Virus record (IMG/VR): IMGVR_UViG_3300033074_001348
Location: 13,313-77,312 of that record
Origin: a virus
Taxonomy: Duplodnaviria > Caudoviricetes
Length of the DNA stretch: 64,000 nucleotides
Strand: one strand, 5' to 3'
The position numbers were made by a program, and so were the translations under genes. This document shows, piece after piece, positions 10,801 through 20,000 of this stretch; positions within the stretch are counted from its first letter, which is position 1; the number at the start of each line of letters is the position of its first letter. The notes under the pieces were generated by a model, which worked only from the letters and a program-made list of their open reading frames with translations, was not told the origin of the DNA and did not search any database.

Positions 10801-13800
10801 CACCAACACCTACTACCGATGAAAAAAGGAACGAAGAAGGGCGGCAAAAAAAATTGCTGACTAAGGAAGCGGAGGTGGCTACTAACATTCCCGAAGCACC
10901 TCCGCTCACTAAAGTATTCGTAGCTACATCAGGTAATACCATCGAAGAAAATGAGATGGGTAATTTGGTAGTAAAAGGTAAACGTGGAGGTATTCTCACA
11001 GGTAAGGAGCGTGGCAAGGCGATCCGTGAGTACCGAAAAGAAAAGATGACAGGCGGTAAGCGTGTCACATCTGCCGACTTAGAGCGTGATAACATTACAG
11101 AGCCCGAAGCAGTGCGCTACATTGCAGAGAATAGCACTTCTCCTGAGCAGTTATTGGAGATGATGGCGGTTGTAGAGCCAAAGGATGCTAAATTGAGTGG
11201 CAAAGACTCATTTATTGCCGACAACATGGACGCCATTAGTGCTGAGTCGTGGGCAAAGTTTGGCGACACCAACAGAATTACTCCTGACATTAAAAAGAAT
11301 TTTATCGGAAAGAATGGTACGGGGATAGATCAAATTGCTCAGGCAGCCTCTTACGCCATGAACCCAGAGGGTGACGGAACAGAGATTACGCCAAAGGACG
11401 TTATTGATTTTGTTGAGGCTAATCAGAAAGGAATTAAAGAGGCACTTAAAGCCGGTAATGAAGATATGAAAGTTCTGTACGATGCTTTCGTATCACTTAC
11501 GGGTCGTGCGCCTACACGGAGTATGATTGCTGATGTGAAAAAAGAAGGTGCTGACAAAAAGATAGAGGAAGATTTTGGTATGGAGCCAGAGCCTCAGGTC
11601 TTTTCAGTCAGTGATTCTCCTCAGATGAAAAAGAGGCGTTTCACTAAGCAGGTGATGGCCGATAAAGCCACTAAAGGAACCACCAAAGCCAAAATCACTG
11701 AAGATGCTATCTATTACTTGGAGCAGAAGAACGAAATGTCAGTTGGTGAGGCTAATAAAATATTGCAGGATGTAGGGATGGATGATGCTATTGCTATACT
11801 AAAAGATGTTGGCAATGGAATTAATGGCGGTGTGCGATCTGTTCTTGGTCAGGTAATTATCAAAGAATTAGAGGCAACAGGTAGGGTTGACATTGCTATT
11901 GACACTCTTAATTGGCTTACTGAAAAAGCAACTGACTCAGGACAATTCATACAGGCGTTTGCACTATGGGGTTATTTAACTCCGGCAGGGCAAATCAGAT
12001 CAGCAAAAAGATTAATTGATGAGCAGCGAAAAGATCAGTTTAAGAAAGATAATGAGAAAATTAAGAAAGCGAAACGCATCATTAGAACTGTACAAAAAGA
12101 AGCTATTGATGAAACGCTTGCAAATGTAGGAGTTGAAAAGAAAGCGGGTATTCGTGTAAATGCAAACACCAAAAGGTCAAGTCCGAGTTACGGGTCGAAG
12201 AATAAACTGATTACAAAAGAGAAGTATGAGAAGTGGAAAGCGAGTCGAAAAGGGAAGTTATTCTCCAATCCACTCGATCCTGAATTACTCCCTGCTGCCC
12301 TTTACCACCTTGAAGCCTCTGGTCGTAAATTTGCCGACTTCGCTGCCAACTTACTTGATGAATTTGGTTCTGCGGTACGTCCTTACATTAAGGATATGTA
12401 TGCTGCTGCCAAAGAAGAATTGGGCGGTACGGGTTATGATACGGTTGAGGATATGGATCGTGTTATTGCTGAAAGTCAAAATGAAGTATGGGCAGAAAGA
12501 GCGAAAAAAATTACTGCAAAATTTGATCGTGCTTTAAAGACTAAGAGTGAGAAGTTATTTAATGAAGCAGTAAGTGAATTGCAATCCCTACCTAACAAAG
12601 AGGAGTTATGGGAAAAGTATAAAAACTTTGCTGCGTCAAGACTTAAAAACCTACCTGCTGCACTTTTTGAAAAAGAGGCAAGAGAAAAACCTGCGCTGCA
12701 AAACTTCACTGATGAACTTGTAAGAGTGTTCCGTGAGAAAATGCAGGAGGCTATGCCGGAAAGCGAAAGTAAATCTACGCCTAAAAAGACTCGCAGTAGT
12801 ACGGAGATAATTGGCGATGCTTTTAAAAATAAAGAGAAGTACGCAGAGGTTTGGGAAGAAGCTCAAAAACAAATGCGGGAAAAGTTTACCGAGGATGAGT
12901 TGATTGAAATTGATAATTACTTCGGTGCAATACTCGATACTCCGTTCAGTCAAAAGCAAATCGAACGGGTTGTAAAAGACGGACTCAAGTCTATTGATAA
13001 AAAAGTAGCTGACATTGCTCGTGCGCACTTTACGCAGTATGATGCAACCAAGCAAACACTGATTGATAAATTAGTCAATGAGGCTGATCTTGATTTTATG
13101 CAGGCAAAAGAACTTGGTGATGCAATTAGTAAAGAGTTTGACAGGATCATGGCTTCCAAAAAGTCAGAGATACTGGAGCGAATGTTTCAGGAGAAGGTTA
13201 CGACCAAGAAAGGAAAAGTTAAGCACAACCTTGAAACAGAACTTGAGAAGCTACTGAACTTAGGCGCATTTAGCGACGAAGCTATTATGAATATGTGGGC
13301 AGATGCTAATGGCTACCCAAAACTTACTGAGGAGAATTACAAAGAACTCGAGCGTCTTGCTGCTATTGTTGTTGCTACTCCTGATGGGATGAAGAAATTC
13401 AAAGCAATACAGGACTTACTTAAATACCAAGCCACTATAAAAGGTGTGAATTGGAAAGAAGTTGGTATGGCGGTTTGGTACGCAAATATTCTCTCAGGTT
13501 ACAATACGCAGCTTGTTAATGCGGTGTCTACTGCTATTAATGTTATGAGTAATTTGATGGTAACTTCTGTTCGTACAAAACTCGGCAAAGGCGATAGGCG
13601 CATGGCGGTTAAAGGGCTTTATGATGGGTTTGCATCAGGGCTTCTTGTAGCAAAAGATGTATTGCAAACTGGGTATAGCCCAATATTTACAGGTAAGGTC
13701 GAGATGCCTTCCGCTCTTGAGATAAAACGTTTTATGGGCGGCAAATATAATCCTGCAAACTACTTGAAATTTGTTCGTAGAGTTATGGTTGCTACCGATG

Positions 13801-15329
13801 TAATATTTTTTGAGGCAGCCAAAGAGATGCGTGCTTACCAACTGGCAGCAAAAATGGCTCGTGATGAAGGTAAAGTTGATCCTGATTTAGATACTAAAAA
13901 CAGAGCACTTGCTATTTTAAATAAAACCGATTTCGATCAGAAAAAGATTATACAGGAAGAGACCATCGAGTATGAGCACGAACTTGATCGTATTAACGAA
14001 ATGGATGTGCCTGCTGCTATGAAAGAGAAGTTGCGTAAGCAAGCACTAAAGGGCAGGTCAAGGCGTATTTTTGAAATTACGCAGCAAAACCGTGATTTGA
14101 GTATCATAGAGCAGTCTGCTGATTTTGCAGCAAGGTCAACTTATAATTATCCTCCAGAGGGTGCTCTTGGTGCACTTGTGAAGGGAATTAATAATTGGCT
14201 CAATAAACTGCCGTTCCTTCGTTTCTTTATACCGTTCACCAACATCATTGCCAACGTTGCGAATGAGCAAATAAACTATACGCCACTTGGGGCGGTGCGT
14301 GCATATAAAGGAGGTAGTATAACAGGCAACCGGGCAACCGAGATGTCAGATATGGATAAAGCTGATATGTACACTAAGGCTGCTATTGGCACAACGTTAA
14401 TGACGCTCACTTATATCTTAGCAAAAGGTTTTGGAGATGATGATGAGCCGATTTTAGAGATTACCGCGAATGGAACGGGTGACTATGGTAAAAATTACAA
14501 CTTAATTAAAGAGGGTTGGCAGCAATACTCCTTTAGATTTAAAAAGCCTGATGGAACATATACTGATTGGATTTCCTACCAGTATTCTCCACTTCAGGTC
14601 GGCTTATCAATGATCGGCAATTTAATGGACTTTGAAAAATACAGAGGCGAAAAAGCAGATGACGAAACAGCACTTAAAAAATTGTCATTAGCATTTTCCG
14701 CATCAACAAGAACTTTTTTAGATGCAACATTCCTATCAAGTTTAAATGACTTACTCCTTATTGCTACCAATCCTTTTTCAGAGGATGCGGTGAGTAACTT
14801 TACTAAAAGTTTGCAGAACTCAGCTAAAAGTTTTGTGATACCTAACTTATATACGCAAGGTTTTAAGCAAGTTCAGGCATCATTTGATATACCCAATAAA
14901 GAGGTTAAGGAAACGAATTTAGGCTGGCTACTCCGTGATATTCCAATTGCAAGGGAAATGTACAACGATCAACTTGACATATTTGGCAACCCTGTAATCC
15001 CTGATACGGATAAATTCTTTAGCGGGAAAGATGAAGACGCTCCGGTTTATTATGAGGTAGCGGCAGGCCCGTTATTTAACATTAAAAAGCCAAGCATCAG
15101 AACCGTTAAAGTGGAAGACCCGAGTACAGGGGAAATGACTTTCTTAACACCTGACGAATATTACCTGTTTAGTAAGTACAGGGGTGAGTATTTGAGGGAT
15201 GAAATAATGAAAACAGTAAAGGCTAAAAAATGGGATGATTTCGATAAAGCGTATGGTACGGCACTGCAAAGAGATGCTACTTATTATGCGAAAGATAAAA
15301 TTTACGACTTGCGAGAAACCTATAAATAA
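7851..15329 (+). CDS. Giant internal virion/ejection protein, large polyvalent-protein-like (2492 aa)
   Basis: Very long helical ORF. N-terminal motif EEVDEFGIPIKK occurs twice. The C-terminal region (FLRFFIPFTNIIAN...) resembles LPD-type C-termini of phage giant proteins. Confidence 0.6.
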   Translation: MEEVDEFGIPIKKQTSAPAKEEVDEFGIPIKKKVPTIPASSNGSSLTQPTSGSGVSQSPAYSVKVDEGPMRKGQPSTVKVGGKEFEVAPTPELTSTEVKSTANKLFKTASPITQTPKIPPSPAMEGVVKQTDEVAISNLSPKAASGNEDVLTEYISTLNEAEQNRLRGSKLNDEQSFEILTKAYAPRLEQAVIDLSILRDRGVENDLKAIDESQKQMQSLTQSISADKTALVDLQATFLKQKGYDKISAEYKNINKQLQVSQKQIAPILQEQQQIEAALKQFEPLIQNGSFVGSEQEYAAYQEAYNAYEQISNNPKLAAYNNLVQKQNDIASNINSMVTPEYKAQEEKLLNKINSSVASANTLVQNSQGLLTPEKAQNIELYKKTIDEYNAITNKLQTAKSKMPDVIEKEAYINAMNAAVKENPYLKAFDLSAKAIGGFTEAVGSMLSAVPKFAGGLSNEYTFSDKVAESITNFFAPAITNTQTTTAGRPSAAYQPFYDSETDHINWSSLPDEIANQAGAFAVLAGSGVLGGMAKFSEVSSVVVPGALISYNDAYQTGREIYGDDAYSATAYATASSLITGITELIMPDRDILTGGSVDKMARNYVANYVKKGKRFAIERSLVDLTEMMGKEVTEEFADRWKDVLLKGVVNITGGDIENDIPTLNEQLSIVASTAALTGGVGAFSQRGKNSKARQLAVYQSAKSYPETLTMLNTMEAEGYDADRIDTIKSEVTNMFVTLKEVPADLSAPKRIAIAEKLNTIKRIEDAMASGISPFIADKMNDSIKKISDDIQNIILDSKYDEAFGKEVNEEIVKSESAPAQVEMPVIEITPTTEEIIVEGEGQVGGEAKENTITDLNAKGKELFFEKPIRKEYQDGVEGDNKYAQDNIAHNKKVDDLILSINQNGTLADSNGIEYDVEVTSQGVRVSPKSQNDIKIYSKGKRVSGETPFTYGFKFTPTQEKVATETAVEPPAQSDAVKEDTTTTPTPTTDEKRNEEGRQKKLLTKEAEVATNIPEAPPLTKVFVATSGNTIEENEMGNLVVKGKRGGILTGKERGKAIREYRKEKMTGGKRVTSADLERDNITEPEAVRYIAENSTSPEQLLEMMAVVEPKDAKLSGKDSFIADNMDAISAESWAKFGDTNRITPDIKKNFIGKNGTGIDQIAQAASYAMNPEGDGTEITPKDVIDFVEANQKGIKEALKAGNEDMKVLYDAFVSLTGRAPTRSMIADVKKEGADKKIEEDFGMEPEPQVFSVSDSPQMKKRRFTKQVMADKATKGTTKAKITEDAIYYLEQKNEMSVGEANKILQDVGMDDAIAILKDVGNGINGGVRSVLGQVIIKELEATGRVDIAIDTLNWLTEKATDSGQFIQAFALWGYLTPAGQIRSAKRLIDEQRKDQFKKDNEKIKKAKRIIRTVQKEAIDETLANVGVEKKAGIRVNANTKRSSPSYGSKNKLITKEKYEKWKASRKGKLFSNPLDPELLPAALYHLEASGRKFADFAANLLDEFGSAVRPYIKDMYAAAKEELGGTGYDTVEDMDRVIAESQNEVWAERAKKITAKFDRALKTKSEKLFNEAVSELQSLPNKEELWEKYKNFAASRLKNLPAALFEKEAREKPALQNFTDELVRVFREKMQEAMPESESKSTPKKTRSSTEIIGDAFKNKEKYAEVWEEAQKQMREKFTEDELIEIDNYFGAILDTPFSQKQIERVVKDGLKSIDKKVADIARAHFTQYDATKQTLIDKLVNEADLDFMQAKELGDAISKEFDRIMASKKSEILERMFQEKVTTKKGKVKHNLETELEKLLNLGAFSDEAIMNMWADANGYPKLTEENYKELERLAAIVVATPDGMKKFKAIQDLLKYQATIKGVNWKEVGMAVWYANILSGYNTQLVNAVSTAINVMSNLMVTSVRTKLGKGDRRMAVKGLYDGFASGLLVAKDVLQTGYSPIFTGKVEMPSALEIKRFMGGKYNPANYLKFVRRVMVATDVIFFEAAKEMRAYQLAAKMARDEGKVDPDLDTKNRALAILNKTDFDQKKIIQEETIEYEHELDRINEMDVPAAMKEKLRKQALKGRSRRIFEITQQNRDLSIIEQSADFAARSTYNYPPEGALGALVKGINNWLNKLPFLRFFIPFTNIIANVANEQINYTPLGAVRAYKGGSITGNRATEMSDMDKADMYTKAAIGTTLMTLTYILAKGFGDDDEPILEITANGTGDYGKNYNLIKEGWQQYSFRFKKPDGTYTDWISYQYSPLQVGLSMIGNLMDFEKYRGEKADDETALKKLSLAFSASTRTFLDATFLSSLNDLLLIATNPFSEDAVSNFTKSLQNSAKSFVIPNLYTQGFKQVQASFDIPNKEVKETNLGWLLRDIPIAREMYNDQLDIFGNPVIPDTDKFFSGKDEDAPVYYEVAAGPLFNIKKPSIRTVKVEDPSTGEMTFLTPDEYYLFSKYRGEYLRDEIMKTVKAKKWDDFDKAYGTALQRDATYYAKDKIYDLRETYK

Positions 15330-15335
15330 TTTTAA

Positions 15336-15343
15336 TACATTTG
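15336..15343 (+). promoter_or_regulatory. -7 promoter element TACATTTG
   Basis: TAnnTTTG match 4 nt upstream of the ATG at 15348. Confidence 0.5.
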
Positions 15344-15347
15344 CTAC

Positions 15348-15995
15348 ATGGCATTTCAACAATCATTTAAGATGAATCGTGCCTCGGATGGGCTGAGTAT
15401 CATCATTACCGACATTACCGGAGCCTATGATGCCACAACGAACCCAACCGGATACGGCGGCCCGAACCCGGCAGTAGGTGATTTTACTGCGCTTTCGTTA
15501 TCGGTTTACCTGCCTGACCCCGTTACATTGCAACCCCAAACTACTCCGGTAGTCATTACGGCAATATACCCTACACTTCCTTCTGAAACTAACGGCACCT
15601 ATACCATTACTTCTACCGCACTGGCAGGAAGCGAGTCTGTGTTAATTGACGGGCTGTATCAGGGCGTAGTCAATGGAACCTATGACATCGGGGCTGGCGA
15701 TGTGGCTATTACGCCCATCACCATTTACAAGCTATTTTATTACATAGCCGAGTGTTGCTGGCAACAAAACAGGCTCGAAACATCGACCTGCGGTGATAAA
15801 GACAAGAACTATAAGCTCAATTTAGGAGGCGGACTGCTACTGCAATTGCAGCCCTACATTAATTCTGAGGCTGTCGTTACGGATAGCTATATCGAGCAGT
15901 GCGGTGCATGGAACACCGGCGTCAATTTTGTCTTATATCTACAAGAAATTTGCAACGAATTTAACTGCGGAGGGGGCTGCGAGACATGTCACTAA
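15348..15995 (+). CDS. Virion structural protein with Cys-rich C-terminus (215 aa)
   Basis: Beta-rich N-terminus; ends in ECCWQQ...CNEFNCGGGCETCH; lies in the structural operon. Confidence 0.5.
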   Translation: MAFQQSFKMNRASDGLSIIITDITGAYDATTNPTGYGGPNPAVGDFTALSLSVYLPDPVTLQPQTTPVVITAIYPTLPSETNGTYTITSTALAGSESVLIDGLYQGVVNGTYDIGAGDVAITPITIYKLFYYIAECCWQQNRLETSTCGDKDKNYKLNLGGGLLLQLQPYINSEAVVTDSYIEQCGAWNTGVNFVLYLQEICNEFNCGGGCETCH

Positions 15996-17839
15996 TGGAT
16001 CAAACTCGTCTTGGAGAAATTGGGTGTTGTGTAACATCTAAACTTGGCGGCGATTTGATTAATGTGTGGAAAGGGAAATCCGTTACGTCCTGCGCCACCT
16101 CAATGGCATATAAACTGTCTGTACTGAGGAGTTACGTAGAGAATGGGACGGTATTGACCCCGGGCTTTGTGTCTTCCGCAACCCTTGACATGAGTGGATT
16201 TACCTCTTTTGGGAATCTACTTGGTAATGTGGTTATTAACGGTGTGGTAGTTGGTATTTTACCTGACGATGCTTATGCCGATCTGGATGCTGTAATTGAT
16301 GGGTTTGTAACTGTAATTAATTCTAATCCAATAGGTTACTTTGCTGTAAACAACGGAGATGGGACAATTACTGTTAATGCGCCCAACGCAGGGTCTCAGG
16401 CAAACGGTTTTGAGATCACCATTCAAATCAACCCCACTTTTGTCAGGGTGTCGCAAATTGACTACGACAACAGAGAGTGGAGGCAACCTATCCATGTAAA
16501 TGACTCAACGAGCGCACTTTATGGTCATACCATTGTAGCGTCACGTGCAAGTGGAGGTGTCAACCCATTTTACTTAGAAGATATTTATAACCATGCCATC
16601 AATCAAACGGTGGGCGTGGATTTTTCAACCGGAGCAACCGGGCTCACTCATCGACCCACCGATGACGCTGTATTTACCGGTGCATTTCAGGGGGCGGGAA
16701 CGATAGAGCAATTTGACAATACACTCACTCCACTACAGTCGATAGCTTTATCAGGCGTCAACGGTATTGTGTGGGCAGTATATAACTCCTTTAACAGTTG
16801 TTTGTACTTTGCTACCTCCTCCAATAATAAAGTTATTAAGGTAGACCCTACTGGCGTACAAACCGCCATCACTTCCATTACAGGGGTGAGCCGATTAGCG
16901 GTAGATACTTCTACCGGTACAGTATGGGCGGCCGGAACGAACAGTTTGTGGCGAATCAATCCAACTACCAACGTGGCTACTGCCATCCCGACCGTTGGTG
17001 AGGTGCCGGTATATTTAAGTTATTGTCCTGCCGGCAGTGGCAGTATGTTTGTGGCATTCTCAACACCGGGAATTGTTAGGCGGTATAACCTTGATGGAAC
17101 GGTACTTACAAGTACGTTTTATTCTTTAGCCTCGATTGGCTCTGTGATTTACTCTACTGTTTACAACGTGGTATTTGCCGGAACTTCGGCTATTACGCAC
17201 GTAATTAAGATGGATGGTACGCTTAAAAATACCATTGCGGACGGATCAGAGAATTATGTAGAAGATATTGATAGGGGTGAAATTATAGGTTTCAGAGATT
17301 CAGGTCTTGGGAATATTGGCTATGTCAATTTCTTTGGACTTGGTACAGACGGAACGGATGTGTTTGATGGAGCACTTGAGGATGGTGTTGATCCCGTATA
17401 TCAAACACAAGACGATCAGTGTGTTACACAGACGCAGGTAAGTGGCGCCTATCAGGAGCTCAGCAACGAGTGTCTGACTTGTGGATCAAATACTTATACG
17501 CAAGGAGGCTATATACCACCGGTAACTGGAACCGATGTAATTTATTATGGAATCAGTACCAATTCTGCCCTAAACGCTTCAGGCATTGCCGCTTTGACCA
17601 CTATAACCAAGAGTGGCATTGCAGGAACTTACACCTATCCGCTTGGGGGTGCTACAAATTACATCTACTTTGCATACCCAACTATCTTAGGTATACCAAC
17701 GAGAATGTATGACCCGGCAACGAATTTTGACATTGCCATGAGTACGTCTTATCAAGTGATTATTAATTATATAACCTACACGGTATATCGTTCCTACTAC
17801 CAACTTGGAGGAGGATTTGATATGACTGTAACAATATAA
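15986..17839 (+). CDS. Tail-associated protein with probable beta-propeller region (617 aa)
   Basis: Repeated blade-like segments (GVSRLAVDTSTGTVWAAG, NKVIKVDPTG); C-terminal YIYFAYP-type domain. Confidence 0.55.
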   Translation: MSLMDQTRLGEIGCCVTSKLGGDLINVWKGKSVTSCATSMAYKLSVLRSYVENGTVLTPGFVSSATLDMSGFTSFGNLLGNVVINGVVVGILPDDAYADLDAVIDGFVTVINSNPIGYFAVNNGDGTITVNAPNAGSQANGFEITIQINPTFVRVSQIDYDNREWRQPIHVNDSTSALYGHTIVASRASGGVNPFYLEDIYNHAINQTVGVDFSTGATGLTHRPTDDAVFTGAFQGAGTIEQFDNTLTPLQSIALSGVNGIVWAVYNSFNSCLYFATSSNNKVIKVDPTGVQTAITSITGVSRLAVDTSTGTVWAAGTNSLWRINPTTNVATAIPTVGEVPVYLSYCPAGSGSMFVAFSTPGIVRRYNLDGTVLTSTFYSLASIGSVIYSTVYNVVFAGTSAITHVIKMDGTLKNTIADGSENYVEDIDRGEIIGFRDSGLGNIGYVNFFGLGTDGTDVFDGALEDGVDPVYQTQDDQCVTQTQVSGAYQELSNECLTCGSNTYTQGGYIPPVTGTDVIYYGISTNSALNASGIAALTTITKSGIAGTYTYPLGGATNYIYFAYPTILGIPTRMYDPATNFDIAMSTSYQVIINYITYTVYRSYYQLGGGFDMTVTI

Positions 17840-17843
17840 AGAC

Positions 17844-19997
17844 ATGGCACAACCAGGCACAGTCCCAGTATCTGCACCGATAGACACCTACGCCTCCGGT
17901 AATACCTATCCGACTCATAAAGCGAATCGTGGGCTTGGCGGGTACATGACTACTGCTAATTTGACGACTCTTGCTGCAATTTCAGCAGATCGCAGGGAGC
18001 ACGGTATGTGCGTGTATGTCATTTCAGAAGGTAAAGAATATCGCTTAGAAGCAGACTTAACTACTTGGGTAGTTGCTGATCCTGCGGGGATTGATCCTAA
18101 TGATCTGATGCTAAAGTCAGTTTATGATCCGAATGATGATGGCTCGGTAGTGAACTCTGACGCCGTGCAAGGCTTTACCGCAGCGCAACTTCGGGATCGG
18201 TCGACACATACGGGCGTTCAGGCTATTTCAACGGTAACGGGGTTGCAGGCTGCTTTAGATTTGAAGGAAAATCTTGCAAATAAAGGCATTGCGAATGGAT
18301 ATGTACCACTGAATGGTGCAATTAAAATTGATAACGCTTTCCTTGATTTCACCATTCCGCTTGATCCAGTTATTGCATGGAATCCGGTAACCAATACGCC
18401 GACTATATCAGACGCAGGTGGGTCGGCAGGAGAAATATACATTGTATATGACTCAGCTAACCCAACTGCAAGGGATTTGGGCTCAGGCAGTATAAACTGG
18501 AACGATGGAGATGCTGCGGTTTTTGACTCAGGAACAAGTACATTTAAGAAAATTGCACAGGTAGGTGTTGGTGTTTCTCAGATCACTACTGCATCAGGCG
18601 TTCAGACTGGCGCAGTTACTCTAAATAGCACCTCCTATCTAAATGACTCCACCGGCAAGCGCTTTGTAACGGATAACGTACAGGCAGGTCTCAACGCTTC
18701 GCCTAATGCAGTTACCGCAGCCAATCCTGTAGCGACACAAGCTGATCTCGCCTCAATCATCGTGGTGGGTAACGGAGTATTTTTGCCTGAGTTATACTCT
18801 AATGGAGAAACGCTTGGTGACGGAACACTTCGCACATTAACCTCTTTAGGTTATAATAATGGAACGGCAGCAGCAGCATGGCCGAAAGTAAATTCTGCCT
18901 ACACGATCAATGTCAATACTATGAGCATTGATTGGATTGCTTGGCAGGAGGCAATGCTCAATATGAGAGATTTAGGCTTCTCTAAAATTACTACACCGGG
19001 CGGACGTGGGTATTGTCCGAATCAGTCCATCGTCCCTCCGTTCGATCAACTTGCTATCTCCCTGTACCGAAGGAGTAAGAAATTTATTTTTGACCTTGCT
19101 GGAAGCGCCTTTGCAAACCGCACAGGTGCGCCACTCAGAATATTTGATAAGTACCCGGCTAATCAGGCCGAGGCAAACGGATTACAACTTGACTATTCCT
19201 ATACTTTTGAGAACGCTACTTTTTATGGCAACAATAGTGCACTTGAGACCGACTGCGCTATTCGTCTTGGTGGAACTTCAGGCTCCCGGTTCAAAAATTT
19301 GAACTTTGAGCAGTGTGGTATTGGTGCCGATCTTCAGTTTTGCTTGCAGGTAAAAATGGAGGATTGTGAAAGCACAGATCATGGCAAGTATGGAGTTGCG
19401 TTGAGGGATGGTTTATGGAATGGAGCGGGAGCAAATATTGCCCAGTCTAATAATAATATGATACTCGGCTTCCGATCTTATGCCGGAACGGGTAAAGCCG
19501 CTGAGGCTGCTATTTATCTGAATGGAAACCGAAACACTTATATCAATAATGCAGGGTTTGAAGGCGACTCCGGTTCTGTGCATCAGATATTCTATGATTA
19601 CAATGGCGCCACGACAGTTAAGAACTTACTAATTCTTGAGAATATTGACTTTGAGAATGCAGGTGCATCACGGGCAGGAGTTCGTGTGCGCTCTAATTCA
19701 GGTCAGATGTTGTGGAGGGCGTTTAATAATCAGGTATCCTCGGCATCTATGCCAGTGTTACTTGAGGCAGAGGAAGCAGGACAACCCGATACCAACCCAA
19801 TCAATATACTTCTTGAGTGGGCAGCCTTCAACCTGAACACTGGATGGAAGCTGCGTAGTGTAGGCTCTCCTGCGTGGACAATAGCAAATGTAGAGATGGC
19901 AAATAACGGCACTATACTCGATGCTACAAACTGGGCAACCGATAACGGAGGCTCCATACCTGCTGCCGGAAAAGTGAGATACACTTCTAAACTTTAA
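17844..19997 (+). CDS. Tail fibre/tailspike with C-terminal pectin-lyase-like beta-helix (717 aa)
   Basis: N-terminal fibre-attachment motif (AAISADRREHGMCVYV), fibre repeat LRDRSTHTGVQAISTVTGLQAALD, and beta-helix-like C-terminal repeats. Confidence 0.7.
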   Translation: MAQPGTVPVSAPIDTYASGNTYPTHKANRGLGGYMTTANLTTLAAISADRREHGMCVYVISEGKEYRLEADLTTWVVADPAGIDPNDLMLKSVYDPNDDGSVVNSDAVQGFTAAQLRDRSTHTGVQAISTVTGLQAALDLKENLANKGIANGYVPLNGAIKIDNAFLDFTIPLDPVIAWNPVTNTPTISDAGGSAGEIYIVYDSANPTARDLGSGSINWNDGDAAVFDSGTSTFKKIAQVGVGVSQITTASGVQTGAVTLNSTSYLNDSTGKRFVTDNVQAGLNASPNAVTAANPVATQADLASIIVVGNGVFLPELYSNGETLGDGTLRTLTSLGYNNGTAAAAWPKVNSAYTINVNTMSIDWIAWQEAMLNMRDLGFSKITTPGGRGYCPNQSIVPPFDQLAISLYRRSKKFIFDLAGSAFANRTGAPLRIFDKYPANQAEANGLQLDYSYTFENATFYGNNSALETDCAIRLGGTSGSRFKNLNFEQCGIGADLQFCLQVKMEDCESTDHGKYGVALRDGLWNGAGANIAQSNNNMILGFRSYAGTGKAAEAAIYLNGNRNTYINNAGFEGDSGSVHQIFYDYNGATTVKNLLILENIDFENAGASRAGVRVRSNSGQMLWRAFNNQVSSASMPVLLEAEEAGQPDTNPINILLEWAAFNLNTGWKLRSVGSPAWTIANVEMANNGTILDATNWATDNGGSIPAAGKVRYTSKL

Positions 19998-20000
19998 CCA

